A stretch of DNA of 63,992 nt, the filler included, from Limisphaerales bacterium (lineage in GTDB: Bacteria > Verrucomicrobiota > Verrucomicrobiia > Limisphaerales > SIBE01), in the NCBI GenBank assembly GCA_044225505.1. It is 3 parts of 3 records of this genome, joined end to end, with 100 filler letters (N's around TTAATTAATTAA, not from the genome) between each part and the next. Parts side by side here need not be neighbours in the genome. Positions count along the whole stretch, not along the records: positions 1 to 23,999 come from JBGAIN010000128.1; 2 more parts are not named here. One strand, written 5' to 3'. The position numbers and the translations under genes were made by a program. Positions 11,901 through 21,313 of the stretch are shown here, piece by piece. The notes beneath the pieces are model-generated. The model made no database searches. It saw nothing but the letters and a program-made list of their open reading frames with translations, and was not told the DNA's origin. Each line of letters opens with the position of its first letter. Positions within the stretch are counted from its first letter, which is position 1.

Positions 11901-13447
11901 AGCCTCGCGATCCCACGCCGCGCCACGCCTTGCACATGCTGAAATCCACCCGCGATCAGGATTCGGCCATCGGACTGCACGGCCATCGCGGTCACTTCGC
12001 CGTCCGCGCCCAATCCCGGATCAAAGCTTAAGTCGAGCATCCCTGGCGTGGTTGCGGCTGGATGGACGGTGATTGTCACCGTCGGACTGGTCACAGCACC
12101 GACCTGGTTGCGGACGATCACCTGGTACTCACCGGCATCGTCGGAGGTCACGCTACGAAAAGACAACGTATTGTTCGTCGCGCCCGCAAGATCTTCCCCT
12201 GCTTTCTGCCATTGATAGGTCGGGAGGGTGGCGCTTCGGACCTGAACAGACAGTGTGCCTGTTTGTCCGACGTTAAGGGCAAGCGCCTCTGGAGCCAGCA
12301 GAATCTCCGGCAACGCTGGCGCTGGGTCCCCTCCAAACAAGCGGAGCAAATACGAGTTCCCCGCCTCCAGGTAACCAGCGACCACGACGTGACCACTCGG
12401 CTGAATCGCCAAGTCGGTCAACTGGTTGTTCGGAGCGAATCCCGGGACAAAAGTCTCGTCGACCTCGCCGTTAGGGAAAAGGCGTGCAAGTCCCGCCCGA
12501 GACTCACCGTTGACCGATTGGAAGGTGCCCGCAATCACGATCTTTCCATCGGACTGCACCCTCGCTTGTCTCACGAGCGCGGTCTCGGGAGCAACGGACG
12601 CGCGGAATCCGGAGTCGAAAGAACCGTCCGAATTCAGCCGAAAGATGCCGGTGTTCGCGCCAACGTTCAAACTGCCAAAAACGAGGATCCCACCGCTCTT
12701 ATCGATCCGTAAACCGCCCAGGAAGTCTTCGGTCAGTCTTGGCCTGGCTGGGGTTGGTAGAAACGGTGTAAAGGTCGGATCGATCTCCCCATTTGGATTC
12801 AGTCGAATGACCCGCGCCGCCGGCAGCGTCTCCTGGAAAGGGGAGAATGCCAGCACCACGCGCCCGTCATCCATGATCTCGAGAGCGGTTGGCGGGTTGG
12901 TTTGCGATGCAAACTGCGGCATGAAGCTGGAGTCGATGACTCCCTCCTTCGTGATGCGCGCGAGTCGGTCTTGCTGAACCCCTTGAACACTCGAAAGCGT
13001 CCCACTGAGCAGCACGTTCTCCCCTTGCAACCCCAGGGACTGAACGCCAGGAGCCACAACCGCAGGAAAGTTTGTATCGCGAGTCCCGTCGGCGTTTAAG
13101 CGGATTAGATTCTCAGCCACCGAACTCCCGGCAACGAGCAGTTGACCGTTCGGTTGCGGCATCACCTCCCAAAGTTGGAAGTCGGCCGCCAGCTCCGCGT
13201 GGAAGCTGCTATCGATCGAGCCGTCAGGCCGCAGCCGGACGATTTTCGAACTATTCCCCGCCGCCAGGACGCTTCCGTCCGGCAAGGATCGGAGGATGTT
13301 CAACCCCACCGCCGCACTATCTGGCTGGAAGGTGGTGTCCAACGCCCCGGGAATCCCCTGAGCAAGTGCGGCCTGCACGCACAGGAGAGCTCCAACGCCC
13401 CAAAGACAAAAGTATCGTAGACTTACTCGCAGCCAGGACTTTGGCAT
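8975..13447 (-). CDS. Large secreted protein with delta-60 (beta-propeller) repeats, Ig-like domains and a C-terminal FFRV-type domain
   Basis: Signal peptide after M13447 (MPKSWLR...QAALAQ). Repeated A(L/V)QPDGKIL(V/I)GG / ARLnpDGslDxsF units, three Ig modules (YQW...GEY.V.V.N..G.VTS), and C-terminus ...HRFFRVQVSAP. Confidence 0.85.
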   Translation of the reverse strand: MPKSWLRVSLRYFCLWGVGALLCVQAALAQGIPGALDTTFQPDSAAVGLNILRSLPDGSVLAAGNSSKIVRLRPDGSIDSSFHAELAADFQLWEVMPQPNGQLLVAGSSVAENLIRLNADGTRDTNFPAVVAPGVQSLGLQGENVLLSGTLSSVQGVQQDRLARITKEGVIDSSFMPQFASQTNPPTALEIMDDGRVVLAFSPFQETLPAARVIRLNPNGEIDPTFTPFLPTPARPRLTEDFLGGLRIDKSGGILVFGSLNVGANTGIFRLNSDGSFDSGFRASVAPETALVRQARVQSDGKIVIAGTFQSVNGESRAGLARLFPNGEVDETFVPGFAPNNQLTDLAIQPSGHVVVAGYLEAGNSYLLRLFGGDPAPALPEILLAPEALALNVGQTGTLSVQVRSATLPTYQWQKAGEDLAGATNNTLSFRSVTSDDAGEYQVIVRNQVGAVTSPTVTITVHPAATTPGMLDLSFDPGLGADGEVTAMAVQSDGRILIAGGFQHVQGVARRGIARLRADGQLDFTFDPGTGFEFVSHLRPPSLVTEPFALFTLLAEQLDGHIMAAGYFTNYNGVARPGLVRMESDGRIDANYVPPADVEGAVLLLGDGRVLTRRPGVLLNADGTRDSSFKPPLELQGVPGPLLDLTAGSVTANGDWLISGLTTINVGGFNSPFNFLLRLRPDGSKARGFLAEEAFQIAFELPDRRIVTGAIQIGPYAHSGGGLALLLPDGAVDTNVVNGRVAANAVETFALQPNGKILVASGSSYDSQGTFHAPSFYRMHPDGRPDSRFATTTPANTIQAIAVQPDGNILVGGTFTNLQGVVRSRIARFIGGEPLAPPDILFPPVGGIAAIGQSIALTVRVAANPAPIYQWLWNGQPLSQATNATLVLPNLTSTNRGDYSVFVSNSFGAVTSSVAVVRVILGTPPKIVSPPQSQSVREGANVVLSVTATNAAPLAYQWQRNGTNLVAATNDVIVLRNVRLAAAGEYRVVVTSEFGTVTSEDAVLTVAPAGIVDPAFDPGDGPEIASSSPPILPPAITSILATAGGKWLVAGDFSSFDGVQRNQIARLLPNGEVDPSFDPGVGVRGGPWVPGPNGRSLTSIKVIVAQPRGKVLIGGAFETVSGIRYPCLARLNQDGSVDTSFKATGVTGGPLNVLIAGDTATVWAIALQADGKILIGGTFNTVNGIHRSHLARLHPDGTLDATFDPGDAIMDSGQPNLDVRVEQIVLPADGYVWARGPLSERVSGSWYRPGVARFKADGTWDHTIPNPSILRDYDREVRALAVASNGKLLAAVTVWLEDAGPHQLVQLNADLTLDPSFSGQLTADAPIDQIVTLPDGALLVAGRFTSVAGIRRIGLARLTAAGVVDPTFDPGSGPDNGVGNSYGIATRGDGEIAISGGFTTFDGAARSRIALLDPDNPSDARLRLEPSAEGKIELSLRTLPGKSYSLETTTSLSGRPWQALSTVLGDGTRQVFVQIRGPTHRFFRVQVSAP

Positions 13448-13644
13448 GAATCCATCATGACTCAAATACCCTGGCGATTGACAACCTTCTTTTGGCAAAG
13501 CTCCAGGGTTCGTGGCGCGCCCGAAGGTTCGTCCGAGTGCCCGAGGCGAGGGATTGGCTGCGGGCGGGGCAGCGACGGAGAAGCGTTTTGTCTCGAAATG
13601 TGCTACTACTTCCTTCATTCGTTCAGTTCGTTGAACGTGCCCGT

Positions 13645-13713
13645 ATGATCACATTCCTTATCAAACTGGTGTTCGCGCTTGGGGCTGGGCTATTGATTCT
13701 GGCCTTGCTGTGA
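13645..13713 (+). CDS. Putative 22-aa hydrophobic small protein
   Basis: MITFLIKLVFALGAGLLILALL; the stop overlaps the next start (GTGA). Confidence 0.35.
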   Translation: MITFLIKLVFALGAGLLILALL

Positions 13714-14087
13714 AACGGTTCGGGTTCTGGACCGATCGGCTGTTCCTGATCGGATGCGCCGCGTATCTACTCAACCGATGCGTTCTCAAACCTCATTTTC
13801 GGAACGCTTTTCTGCACGGCTATTTCAATGATCTCTGGCTCATCCCGTGCGCATTGCCGCTCGTGCTCTGGTTCCATCGGCGGTGTCATTGGCGGGCGGA
13901 CACGCCACCGACCCTTTGGGAAGTCGGCTCTCACCTCGTCCTCTGGTCCGTCCTGTTTGAATGGTGGGGACCAAAACTCATCCACTCGACGGTCGGAGAC
14001 TGGCGCGACACCGTCTGTTACTGGATCGGCGGCCTGATCGCCTGGCTCTGGTGGAATCGCGAAACGCTCATCGCTCATGAGCTTTGA
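13710..14087 (+). CDS. Hypothetical membrane protein (VanZ-like motif pattern)
   Basis: 125 aa with 3-4 hydrophobic segments, GYFNDLW...FEW...GDWRD; overlaps the methyltransferase start. Confidence 0.7.
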   Translation: MKRFGFWTDRLFLIGCAAYLLNRCVLKPHFRNAFLHGYFNDLWLIPCALPLVLWFHRRCHWRADTPPTLWEVGSHLVLWSVLFEWWGPKLIHSTVGDWRDTVCYWIGGLIAWLWWNRETLIAHEL

Positions 14088-14745
14088 CCGGATCGCTCCT
14101 TATTACCGATGGATGGAGAACGTCATCGCTGGACCTCTCCTACACCAGTGCCGCACCGCGTATTTGCGCGAAGCCGCCCAAGCCCAGCGTGCCCTCCTGC
14201 TCGGTGATGGGCCCGGGCGATATCTGGTCGAACTGCTCCGCTTGAACCCCAGCGTCGAGGTGACGTGTGTGGACGCCAGTGCTCCCATGCTCGCGGCCGC
14301 CCGCCAGAGTCTGGCCGCCGCTGGACTCCCAGAAGAGCGAGTCACGTTTGTTTGCGCGGATGCACTCGCTTGGACTTCGGCATCGGCTCCCTTCGATTGG
14401 ATCGCATCCCATTTCTTTCTCGATTGCTTCCCTGCCTCCCCTTTGGCAGAGCTGATCTCAAATACGGTCCGCGCCGCCAGTCCTTCGGCACTTTGGGTCA
14501 TCTCCGATTTCCGGCAACCGGCCGCTGGATGGCAGCGGCTGCGCGCACGGATTATCCTGAAAATAGCGTATGGCTTTTTTCACTGGGCGACCGCACTGGA
14601 AGCGACGGCGCTAACGGCACCCGACCCGTTTCTTGAACAGGCTGGTTTTCGCCTGACAAAGAAACAAATCTTCAATCACGGGCTCCTCTATGCCGCGTTG
14701 TGGCAACGCGACCCGGCCAGCCAGGTTCTACCCGCCGCTCGTTGA
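14077..14745 (+). CDS. Class I SAM-dependent methyltransferase
   Basis: LLLGDGPG motif I, VDASAPML, FFLDCF. Confidence 0.85.
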   Translation: MSFDRIAPYYRWMENVIAGPLLHQCRTAYLREAAQAQRALLLGDGPGRYLVELLRLNPSVEVTCVDASAPMLAAARQSLAAAGLPEERVTFVCADALAWTSASAPFDWIASHFFLDCFPASPLAELISNTVRAASPSALWVISDFRQPAAGWQRLRARIILKIAYGFFHWATALEATALTAPDPFLEQAGFRLTKKQIFNHGLLYAALWQRDPASQVLPAAR

Positions 14746-15708
14746 CTTGCGTGAACGCCATTCCACCTTGGGGGGTTCCGGCAACCCCTGCGCCCGCAAC
14801 GCCGTTCGGAAATGAAGCTTGGACACTTGACTCAACTCGGCTGCCCCGAACTTCGTCACAAACTCTTTTGCCGCCGCGTCGACCGCCGCCGAAGCGCCCT
14901 TGGGAAACACCATCTCGTAGCGCTTACCCGCTTCCCGTAACCGAGTCACAAATTCGTGCCGGGCCAGGATCGACGCCGCGGCCACCGCCAGGTCCGATTC
15001 CGCTTTGTGCCGTTGAATGAGTTCGAGATCGCGGCCCAGTGCCATGAGCGCTTTGGCCACCGTCTCTTTGTTGCTCGCAAATTGATCGCTGATCGCCCGC
15101 ACGGGCAAGGGATCCATCCGGCCTCGCGCTTGCAGCAGGTTCTCGATCACACGCGCATGCCCCCAAGCCAGGAGCGTGTTGACGCTGCGCATTTTCGTGT
15201 AGAGCCGATTATACGCTTCGTTGCCGATCGGCACGACGGTCGTGACACACCCTGGCGTTTTGCGAATGGCCTCCGCCAGATCCGCGATCTTCTTGTCACT
15301 GGAAATATGCTTCGAGTCGCGCACTCCCAAATCCTTCCAAGCTTCAACGACGGACTGGTTGACGTAGACTCCAGCGACACAAAGCGGACCGAAGAAATCG
15401 CCCTTGCCACTTTCGTCGACGCCGAGGCGAGGCAAGTTCCGCTCCGGGTCGAGCACCGCTTCGTACCCGAGGCGGGCCTCTTGCAGGATCTGCGGCTCAA
15501 GGACAAACTCCACGAATTCCTGGGTCCCCTTCCCTTGCACGACCAGTTTTCCGCTCTCGTAAAAGACTACATTTACCTTTTCCTTGCCGGCTGCAAACCG
15601 GGCGTACGGCACCTGACTAAATTCATACTCATGATTCCGCAGCCAGACATGCAGGGCCGTCGCCTGGCCATCGTTCAACTTGCAGGTATAGGAGGTTAAC
15701 GGTTTCAC
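14728..15708 (-). CDS. rnhC: Ribonuclease HIII
   Basis: N-terminal TBP-like domain (FYESGKLVVQGKG), then GVDESGKGDFFGPL, VRDSK, VAAASILAR. Start set at GTG 15708. Confidence 0.92.
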   Translation of the reverse strand: MKPLTSYTCKLNDGQATALHVWLRNHEYEFSQVPYARFAAGKEKVNVVFYESGKLVVQGKGTQEFVEFVLEPQILQEARLGYEAVLDPERNLPRLGVDESGKGDFFGPLCVAGVYVNQSVVEAWKDLGVRDSKHISSDKKIADLAEAIRKTPGCVTTVVPIGNEAYNRLYTKMRSVNTLLAWGHARVIENLLQARGRMDPLPVRAISDQFASNKETVAKALMALGRDLELIQRHKAESDLAVAAASILARHEFVTRLREAGKRYEMVFPKGASAAVDAAAKEFVTKFGAAELSQVSKLHFRTALRAQGLPEPPKVEWRSRKSTSGG

Positions 15709-15836
15709 ACTCGCAGTTACGGTATAGGCCCTCGGATAGGGTGTCGACTTCGGAGCGGAACGATGAAGCGACGCGCCTGATCGTGCTCGTGCGCCTGCTC
15801 CTCCGTCCGGCAGCCGTCTTGGCTGGCGCTTACGGA

Positions 15837-15916
15837 AAAGCGCCAGAGGTCTGGCGCACTCCAAAATCTGGCGAAGCATAGTAGCTTACTCGTTGCGCGA
15901 TAGCGTCTTGGAGCGC
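15837..15916. repeat. REP-like inverted doublet, copy 1
   Basis: AAAGCGCCAGAGGTCTGGCGCACTCCAAAA...AGCGTCTTGGAGCGC; shares its core with 19217-19316. Confidence 0.6.
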
Positions 15917-15978
15917 TCTTGCCCCCCCTTTGGACTCTGGGCATTGAACATCTGCGAAATCGATGTTCAATCTCCGCG

Positions 15979-16055
15979 CAGCCTTCGATCAGCCTTCGAT
16001 CAGCCTTCGATCAGCCTTCGATCAGCCTTCGATCAGCCTTCGATCAGGTTTCGAT
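15979..16055. repeat. Tandem 11-bp repeat (CAGCCTTCGAT)x6 plus one degenerate copy
   Basis: Read directly: perfect copies at 15979-16044, then CAGGTTTCGAT. Confidence 0.95.
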
Positions 16056-16196
16056 GGGGATTAGGCCGTCAACGAATGCAGAGCGAAGGGTGGTCGACGC
16101 CTAACCGAAACATTCGGGAAGGTTCTCGACCGGTCGCTCGATGGGCGACGTGGGGCCAAACGACGCGGCAGGCGCTCCGCCCGCTTCCATTCCAAC

Positions 16197-17465
16197 TCAG
16201 TGCGTCGCAGTTGGGTAACTCCAATTGAAGGGCTGCTCCCCTTTATCGATGCAAAAGCCAGCTTGGATGATGGCGTTCGTGTTGAGGCAAGTGATCGGAA
16301 AATCAGCGACGTAATTCCGCATGCGACAACCAACCGCGGAGATGGTCAGACGTTTGCTCCCACGGACCAGGAGGAAGTCCTGCGATTTACCAAACGTGCT
16401 GAGGGCGCCGTTGCCGCCGGAGAAGGCCTCGACATTGGCCAGGGCAAGGTGCCCCTGCCCCTCAACAATAATCGGATGAATATCTTCGAGCTTCGCGCCG
16501 GTGTTCGCAATGATGGAACCCTGAGAGACTTGCCAATTCCTATTAAAGGTTCCGTCGCCCATTTTGTGGATCCCGACGGTCACACAGTCGAGATTGAAGC
16601 TGGTGAGTTGACCATAGGTCGCAGGTCCGAAATAGACGCCTCCGTAGGTCCCGAACGTGAACACGTCCATCAACACGGCGTTGTCCGTGTGGTTGATGGC
16701 GAAGGCGAACGTACCGTTCGCAACGACGGCATCAACCACCGAGCGGTGGTAGCCACCTTTGATGAAACGCTGATTGGAAGGATTCAAATGGCAATGGAGG
16801 ACGCGCGGGATGTCGTAGCAATAATCGATGCGAACGAATTCGCCGCTGAGAGGGTATCCGTAGCAATGCTCGATTAAGATCTGCTCGCAAGGCTGGGTTC
16901 GCGGCGCATTGAAGTCCATGGCGATGTATTCACCGTAAAAGGTGAGGCAGGAGAGCGTGACGCCTTGAGCCATCTGCGTTTGCGACGTTCGGATGGTGGG
17001 CGGGTAATGAATGATCTTGGCAGGATCGCTCAACGTCTGATCCGGATACCAAAACTGCACCCCCCGCAACTGGGTGGCCGCTTCGACGGTGATGAACGGT
17101 TGCGCATCGTCCTGGATCTGGAAGACGCTTCCCACCGGTTGGGGTTTAGCCGGGTGCCTCGTGCCCCGTCCCGTCGGGCCATGCACTCCGACCAGGCTGA
17201 CGTTTCGTTTCAAGACCAGGCCGCTCGCGACTGGATAAGGGTCATCCGACGGATCGACGAACAGGCTCGCTCCGCGCTCCGATGCCCAATCGATTGCTTT
17301 CTGGAGATTGTCTCGGTTTTGCGCGGCGCTGTTGGTCGCACGAACGCCAAAGCTGCGGATCGACCTGAAGCCGGTCCAGTCGGTCGCAGGGGTTTCGAGA
17401 TTCGGTTCGGCGGCCGCAATCGAGACGAGGGTTAAAAGCAAGCTGACGATCAATGCACATCTCAT
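16197..17465 (-). CDS. Secreted hypothetical protein, probable pectin-lyase-like beta-helix
   Basis: Signal peptide MRCALIVSLLLTLVSIAAA. The SIRSFGV...NLQKAID...LFV N-terminus is typical of beta-helix carbohydrate-active proteins. Confidence 0.65.
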   Translation of the reverse strand: MRCALIVSLLLTLVSIAAAEPNLETPATDWTGFRSIRSFGVRATNSAAQNRDNLQKAIDWASERGASLFVDPSDDPYPVASGLVLKRNVSLVGVHGPTGRGTRHPAKPQPVGSVFQIQDDAQPFITVEAATQLRGVQFWYPDQTLSDPAKIIHYPPTIRTSQTQMAQGVTLSCLTFYGEYIAMDFNAPRTQPCEQILIEHCYGYPLSGEFVRIDYCYDIPRVLHCHLNPSNQRFIKGGYHRSVVDAVVANGTFAFAINHTDNAVLMDVFTFGTYGGVYFGPATYGQLTSFNLDCVTVGIHKMGDGTFNRNWQVSQGSIIANTGAKLEDIHPIIVEGQGHLALANVEAFSGGNGALSTFGKSQDFLLVRGSKRLTISAVGCRMRNYVADFPITCLNTNAIIQAGFCIDKGEQPFNWSYPTATH

Positions 17466-17499
17466 AATCTTTCCAATCTGGCGTGGTCCTTAGACCCAA

Positions 17500-19115
17500 T
17501 CACGGATGGAGCGTGTTCTTCAACACCAAAACGGACGGTCCGCGCGTGTTCCACAGGGTTTGCAGCCGCTCGGGCACTGGGCTCCCGGGCATGTTCACGA
17601 GCGAACCCAAAACCAAATCGAGATCGCCGTCGCCATCGACATCTCCGGCGTCCATCGTCAGCCAGCGGCCCGAGAGGCATTGCGGGAAGGTTGCCGCGGT
17701 GAACTTCATGTCTCCTTGGTTCTCTAGATAAACAAAGCTTTCCATAGGACGCGAGGCGTAGTCTGGAAAAAAGGAGATTGCGGCAATATCCAAGTCGCCG
17801 TCGTTATCGAAGTCTCTAGCCACGGCTTTAAATGCCCCGTTCAACGGGAAAAAGTAGGCTTCTTCAAACCGATTCTGGCCCCGATTCAGATAGATGCGAA
17901 CGCCATGATACTTTTTAGGGGGCTGGACGAAGTCCGCGCCGTCGCCGTTCACCAATAGCAAGTCCATCAACCCATCTTTGTTGAAGTCCGCCAGTTCAAA
18001 GTAATCGGGTCCAAAGGCGGGCGGTTTGCGGATCAGTTCGTGAGTGTCGAACGTCCCTGGGTTTTTGGGATCGTTGGATAACATCAAAACCCCGTCGTTT
18101 TCTTGGCCGAACAAGGCCATGATATCCGATGTGCCGTCTCCGTTGAAATCCCGCACCCACGTTTGCATGGCGCCTGCTTTGGGAATTAACACATGTTCGC
18201 GATATTGGTCGTGATCCAGATTCTCAAACCAGGATAACCGGCCGCTGAGATAGCCGAACATCGACAGCACGAAATCGGTTTTCCCATCGCCGTTGAAATC
18301 GCCGAACTTCAAGTCGGAAACGCGCGGCAAGTCGCCCAGGATCACCTTGCGCTGATATCCGGCACGCGACTTTTCCAACAAAATGATCTGACCTTGTTTC
18401 TTCTCCGAGGGGAAGAAATGGCCGATGCACGTGAGGTAGAGCCCGCGTTCGGTCTTTTGCAGCGCGACAGGAATGTTCCCGACTTCCACCGACTGTTGCA
18501 CAGCTCCGTCCGAATTGAGGATGTCCAACGTCTGCGCTTGCGCATCGGCCACGTAAATCCGTCGCTCCGCCTCATCGATCTTCACGAGAGTCGTGAGCGG
18601 TGGATCGCGCCGAAACTTGGGTGGGTCAACGCGAAACTGTTTTAACTCGGTGGTTACAGGTACTTTTGGATCTTGAGGCAGAGCCTGCTCCGGTGCGTTA
18701 TGGAGATAGTAAGCCACTATAGGCGCCCAATAGTCGCGCGGAATGCGGGGCCCCAACGGCAGAATCCCCGACGCTTTAACCAACTCCGGCTCTTGAACTT
18801 TGACCTGATCCAACGTCGACAACCCAAGATAGAGCATCATCTTGGGCAGGACAGAATTCTGCCAACTCTTCCGATCGAGGAGGCTCGGGTCCGGAAACAA
18901 GTGACACTGCTGGCACGCGGCCTTGGCGTAGAGCGCGCCGCGCTCAATGCGGGCCGCCAGGCTCTCCGCCGCACTCTCGTCGTTGCTCAAGGTTGCCGCC
19001 GTGCCGCCCGGGCTGCGCTGGCCAACAGCGCGAGGATAGGCAGGACACGCCACAGGGCACTCCGAATTCGTGACTCGGCGGCGTTGGCCGATGGACTTAT
19101 GGATAGATCGAACAC
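17500..19115 (-). CDS. FG-GAP/VCBS repeat protein with N-terminal c-type heme motif (frameshift near 19003)
   Basis: CQQCH motif and repeated DFNGDGxxD units. The signal peptide (RSALWRVLPILALLASAARAA) lies in an adjacent frame, 19115-18987. Confidence 0.8.
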
Positions 19116-19216
19116 GTGGTGGCGAGAAATCTGGAATTAACCGGGCCCAACCGCAAGCCTGTTCCCGATCCCGCGACAAACCGTCGAAAAGGCACCGGCA
19201 ACCGCGTTCACCCGGC

Positions 19217-19316
19217 AAAACGGCAGAGGTCTGCCGCACTCCAAGACGCTGCCGCGCAATACATTAATGCCCTGCGCTCCGACAAGTTTTGGAGTGCTGT
19301 AGACCCCTACAGATTT
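19217..19316. repeat. REP-like inverted doublet, copy 2
   Basis: AAAACGGCAGAGGTCTGCCGCACTCCAAGACGCT...TTTTGGAGTGCTGTAGACCCCTACAGATTT. Confidence 0.6.
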
Positions 19317-19525
19317 CCTCTCCGCGCCGCAATCGCACCACCCCGCCGAGATTGACCGCAATGGGCACCCGCGTCTGTCCCGAATAGCCTATTTGGACAC
19401 AGTTGCACAGTTATCCCAAATGAAAATCACCCCTGCCGAACTCTCACGCTGGACAGGACGAATGCCAATGATAACCGTCTAAGTCCTCGGGCGGCGCGAG
19501 CGCGCTCGAGGTTGATGCGAACACG

Positions 19526-21199
19526 ATGCCCTTAATCAATGCCATGCCGATTGTCGTGCGCGATTTGCGGTCCGAGTTGCGCAGCGGCCGGCTTCACAAA
19601 TCACGCTTAGGTGCAGCAGGCACGAGCAGTGTCGTACTGATGGCGCTCGCGGTGGCCGAACGGCAAGCGGGCGGTTTCAATGTGACGAGCTTCCTGAATT
19701 CCATCCCGGTGGCCGGTCTTGCGCCGCTGTTGTTGTTTATCGTAGGCCTGAATCGGGCGGCCGTGCTTCTGACCGCGGAACGCCGTGAAGGCACATTGCC
19801 GCTGCTCCTCCTGACCCACCTGACGGGAAGGAACATCATTTTCAGCAAACTCGTCCAAGCGCTGGCCCTTGAGCTGTCCACGCTCCTCGCCACAGCCCCA
19901 GCCTTGATCCTTCCCCTGCTCGCCATGGGCATTACAGGCGCAGAGCTTTGGCTGGTGGCGCTGGGCAGTTTGAACGTGTTGTTCTTCGCCCTGGCGGCGG
20001 GCCTTTTGTTCTCCGTCCTCGGCGACGGCGCGAAGATGACAACGATCTGCTTCTGCCTGTTTTCGCCGGTGCTGATTTATTCCACGCCGCTCGGAGTTCT
20101 GCTCCCGGCAGGGCCCATCCAAACGATCATGATTGCGCTCCAGTTTTTGAATCCAGGCGCGCCGCTGACTCATATTGGCGGAACCTTGGCTGGGGTGCGG
20201 CCTTACGTCTTTTGGCTCGAACTGGCGACAACCCATTTGATCGGATGGGGAATGTTAATCGCAGCGGGGCTGCTGCTGCCGGCGGCGACGCGTTGGCAAG
20301 CGGGCCGACATCCCCGCACGCGGAGCGGGCGATGGTGGACCGTTCGCCCGCTCGTTTCGTCGGAGCGCCGGCAAACCGTGCGAACCCGGCTCCTCAATCA
20401 AAACCCATTCCTGTGGCTGGCGAATCGGGAAACCCTACCGCAGGTCAGGCTTTGGTTATTGCTGCTGGGGACAGGCCTTTTTTGGGGATGGATCACCTGG
20501 CTTTCGTTTGTTGTCCGAGGAATCAACATTCTCATTGTGATGGCCATCGCCATCGGAGTGACGTGGCTGACCGCGTTTCTAGGAATTGTCCCAAGAGAAG
20601 CGAGCCGGCGCTTGGTGGAAGATAGGAATAGTGGAGCGCTCGAACTACTCTTATGCACGCCCTTGGCTCCGCGGGACATTACTCGAGGGCAGTGGCTCGC
20701 CTTGAAGCGCCAGTTCGCCCTGCCCTTTGGCATCGTCCTGCTAGTCGGACTGGTTCTAATGGCCTCGGGCTATCTCACATTTGGGTTCGGCGGGATGCTC
20801 GACCCGGAAGATCGCCCCGCGTGGCTGGTGCTCTGGTCCGCGAGCCTGACGCTGGCGCCCCTCATCGTGGTGGCCCTCTGCTGGGCGGCGATGCGGAGAG
20901 CGTTAGTAGCCCGAACGGCCGGAGAAGCTGCGGGCGTAGCCGTTCTGCAAACGCTGGGAGTTCCCGGATTTGCCCTTTGGCTGATCTATTTGGTCTCGAG
21001 CGTCGCCAAGTGGGATAGCGACCCGCGGTGGCTTGGCTTGTTGAGCCTCTTGGCGTTTGGCGTGGCACCCGCCGCTTGGGCTTGGCAATGCCGGCGCGTG
21101 CTGCTGGAGACATTACGCGACGCGGCCGCAAGCCGTTACACAGTCCCGCAACTCACCGCAAAACCAACGAAACGTGCCGACCGCGGAGTCGGCGTGTAA
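19526..21199 (+). CDS. ABC-2-type transporter permease-like membrane protein (two repeats)
   Basis: Twin motifs ERREGTLPLLLLT and EDRNSGALELLLCTPL; many TM segments. Confidence 0.8.
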   Translation: MPLINAMPIVVRDLRSELRSGRLHKSRLGAAGTSSVVLMALAVAERQAGGFNVTSFLNSIPVAGLAPLLLFIVGLNRAAVLLTAERREGTLPLLLLTHLTGRNIIFSKLVQALALELSTLLATAPALILPLLAMGITGAELWLVALGSLNVLFFALAAGLLFSVLGDGAKMTTICFCLFSPVLIYSTPLGVLLPAGPIQTIMIALQFLNPGAPLTHIGGTLAGVRPYVFWLELATTHLIGWGMLIAAGLLLPAATRWQAGRHPRTRSGRWWTVRPLVSSERRQTVRTRLLNQNPFLWLANRETLPQVRLWLLLLGTGLFWGWITWLSFVVRGINILIVMAIAIGVTWLTAFLGIVPREASRRLVEDRNSGALELLLCTPLAPRDITRGQWLALKRQFALPFGIVLLVGLVLMASGYLTFGFGGMLDPEDRPAWLVLWSASLTLAPLIVVALCWAAMRRALVARTAGEAAGVAVLQTLGVPGFALWLIYLVSSVAKWDSDPRWLGLLSLLAFGVAPAAWAWQCRRVLLETLRDAAASRYTVPQLTAKPTKRADRGVGV

Positions 21200-21313
21200 A
21201 CCGAGCCTGGTTAGCTCACGGTTATAATCGGATCCGCTTGGAAAGTTTTGGCGGAGCCATGCCCATCGCCTTTCCGCTTCCAATCAACGCGTCAGTCCAT
21301 ACCATTCCGGGCT

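Noticed and set aside
15979..16055. CRISPR array
   Set aside because: The 11 bp units are contiguous, with no spacers and no cas genes.
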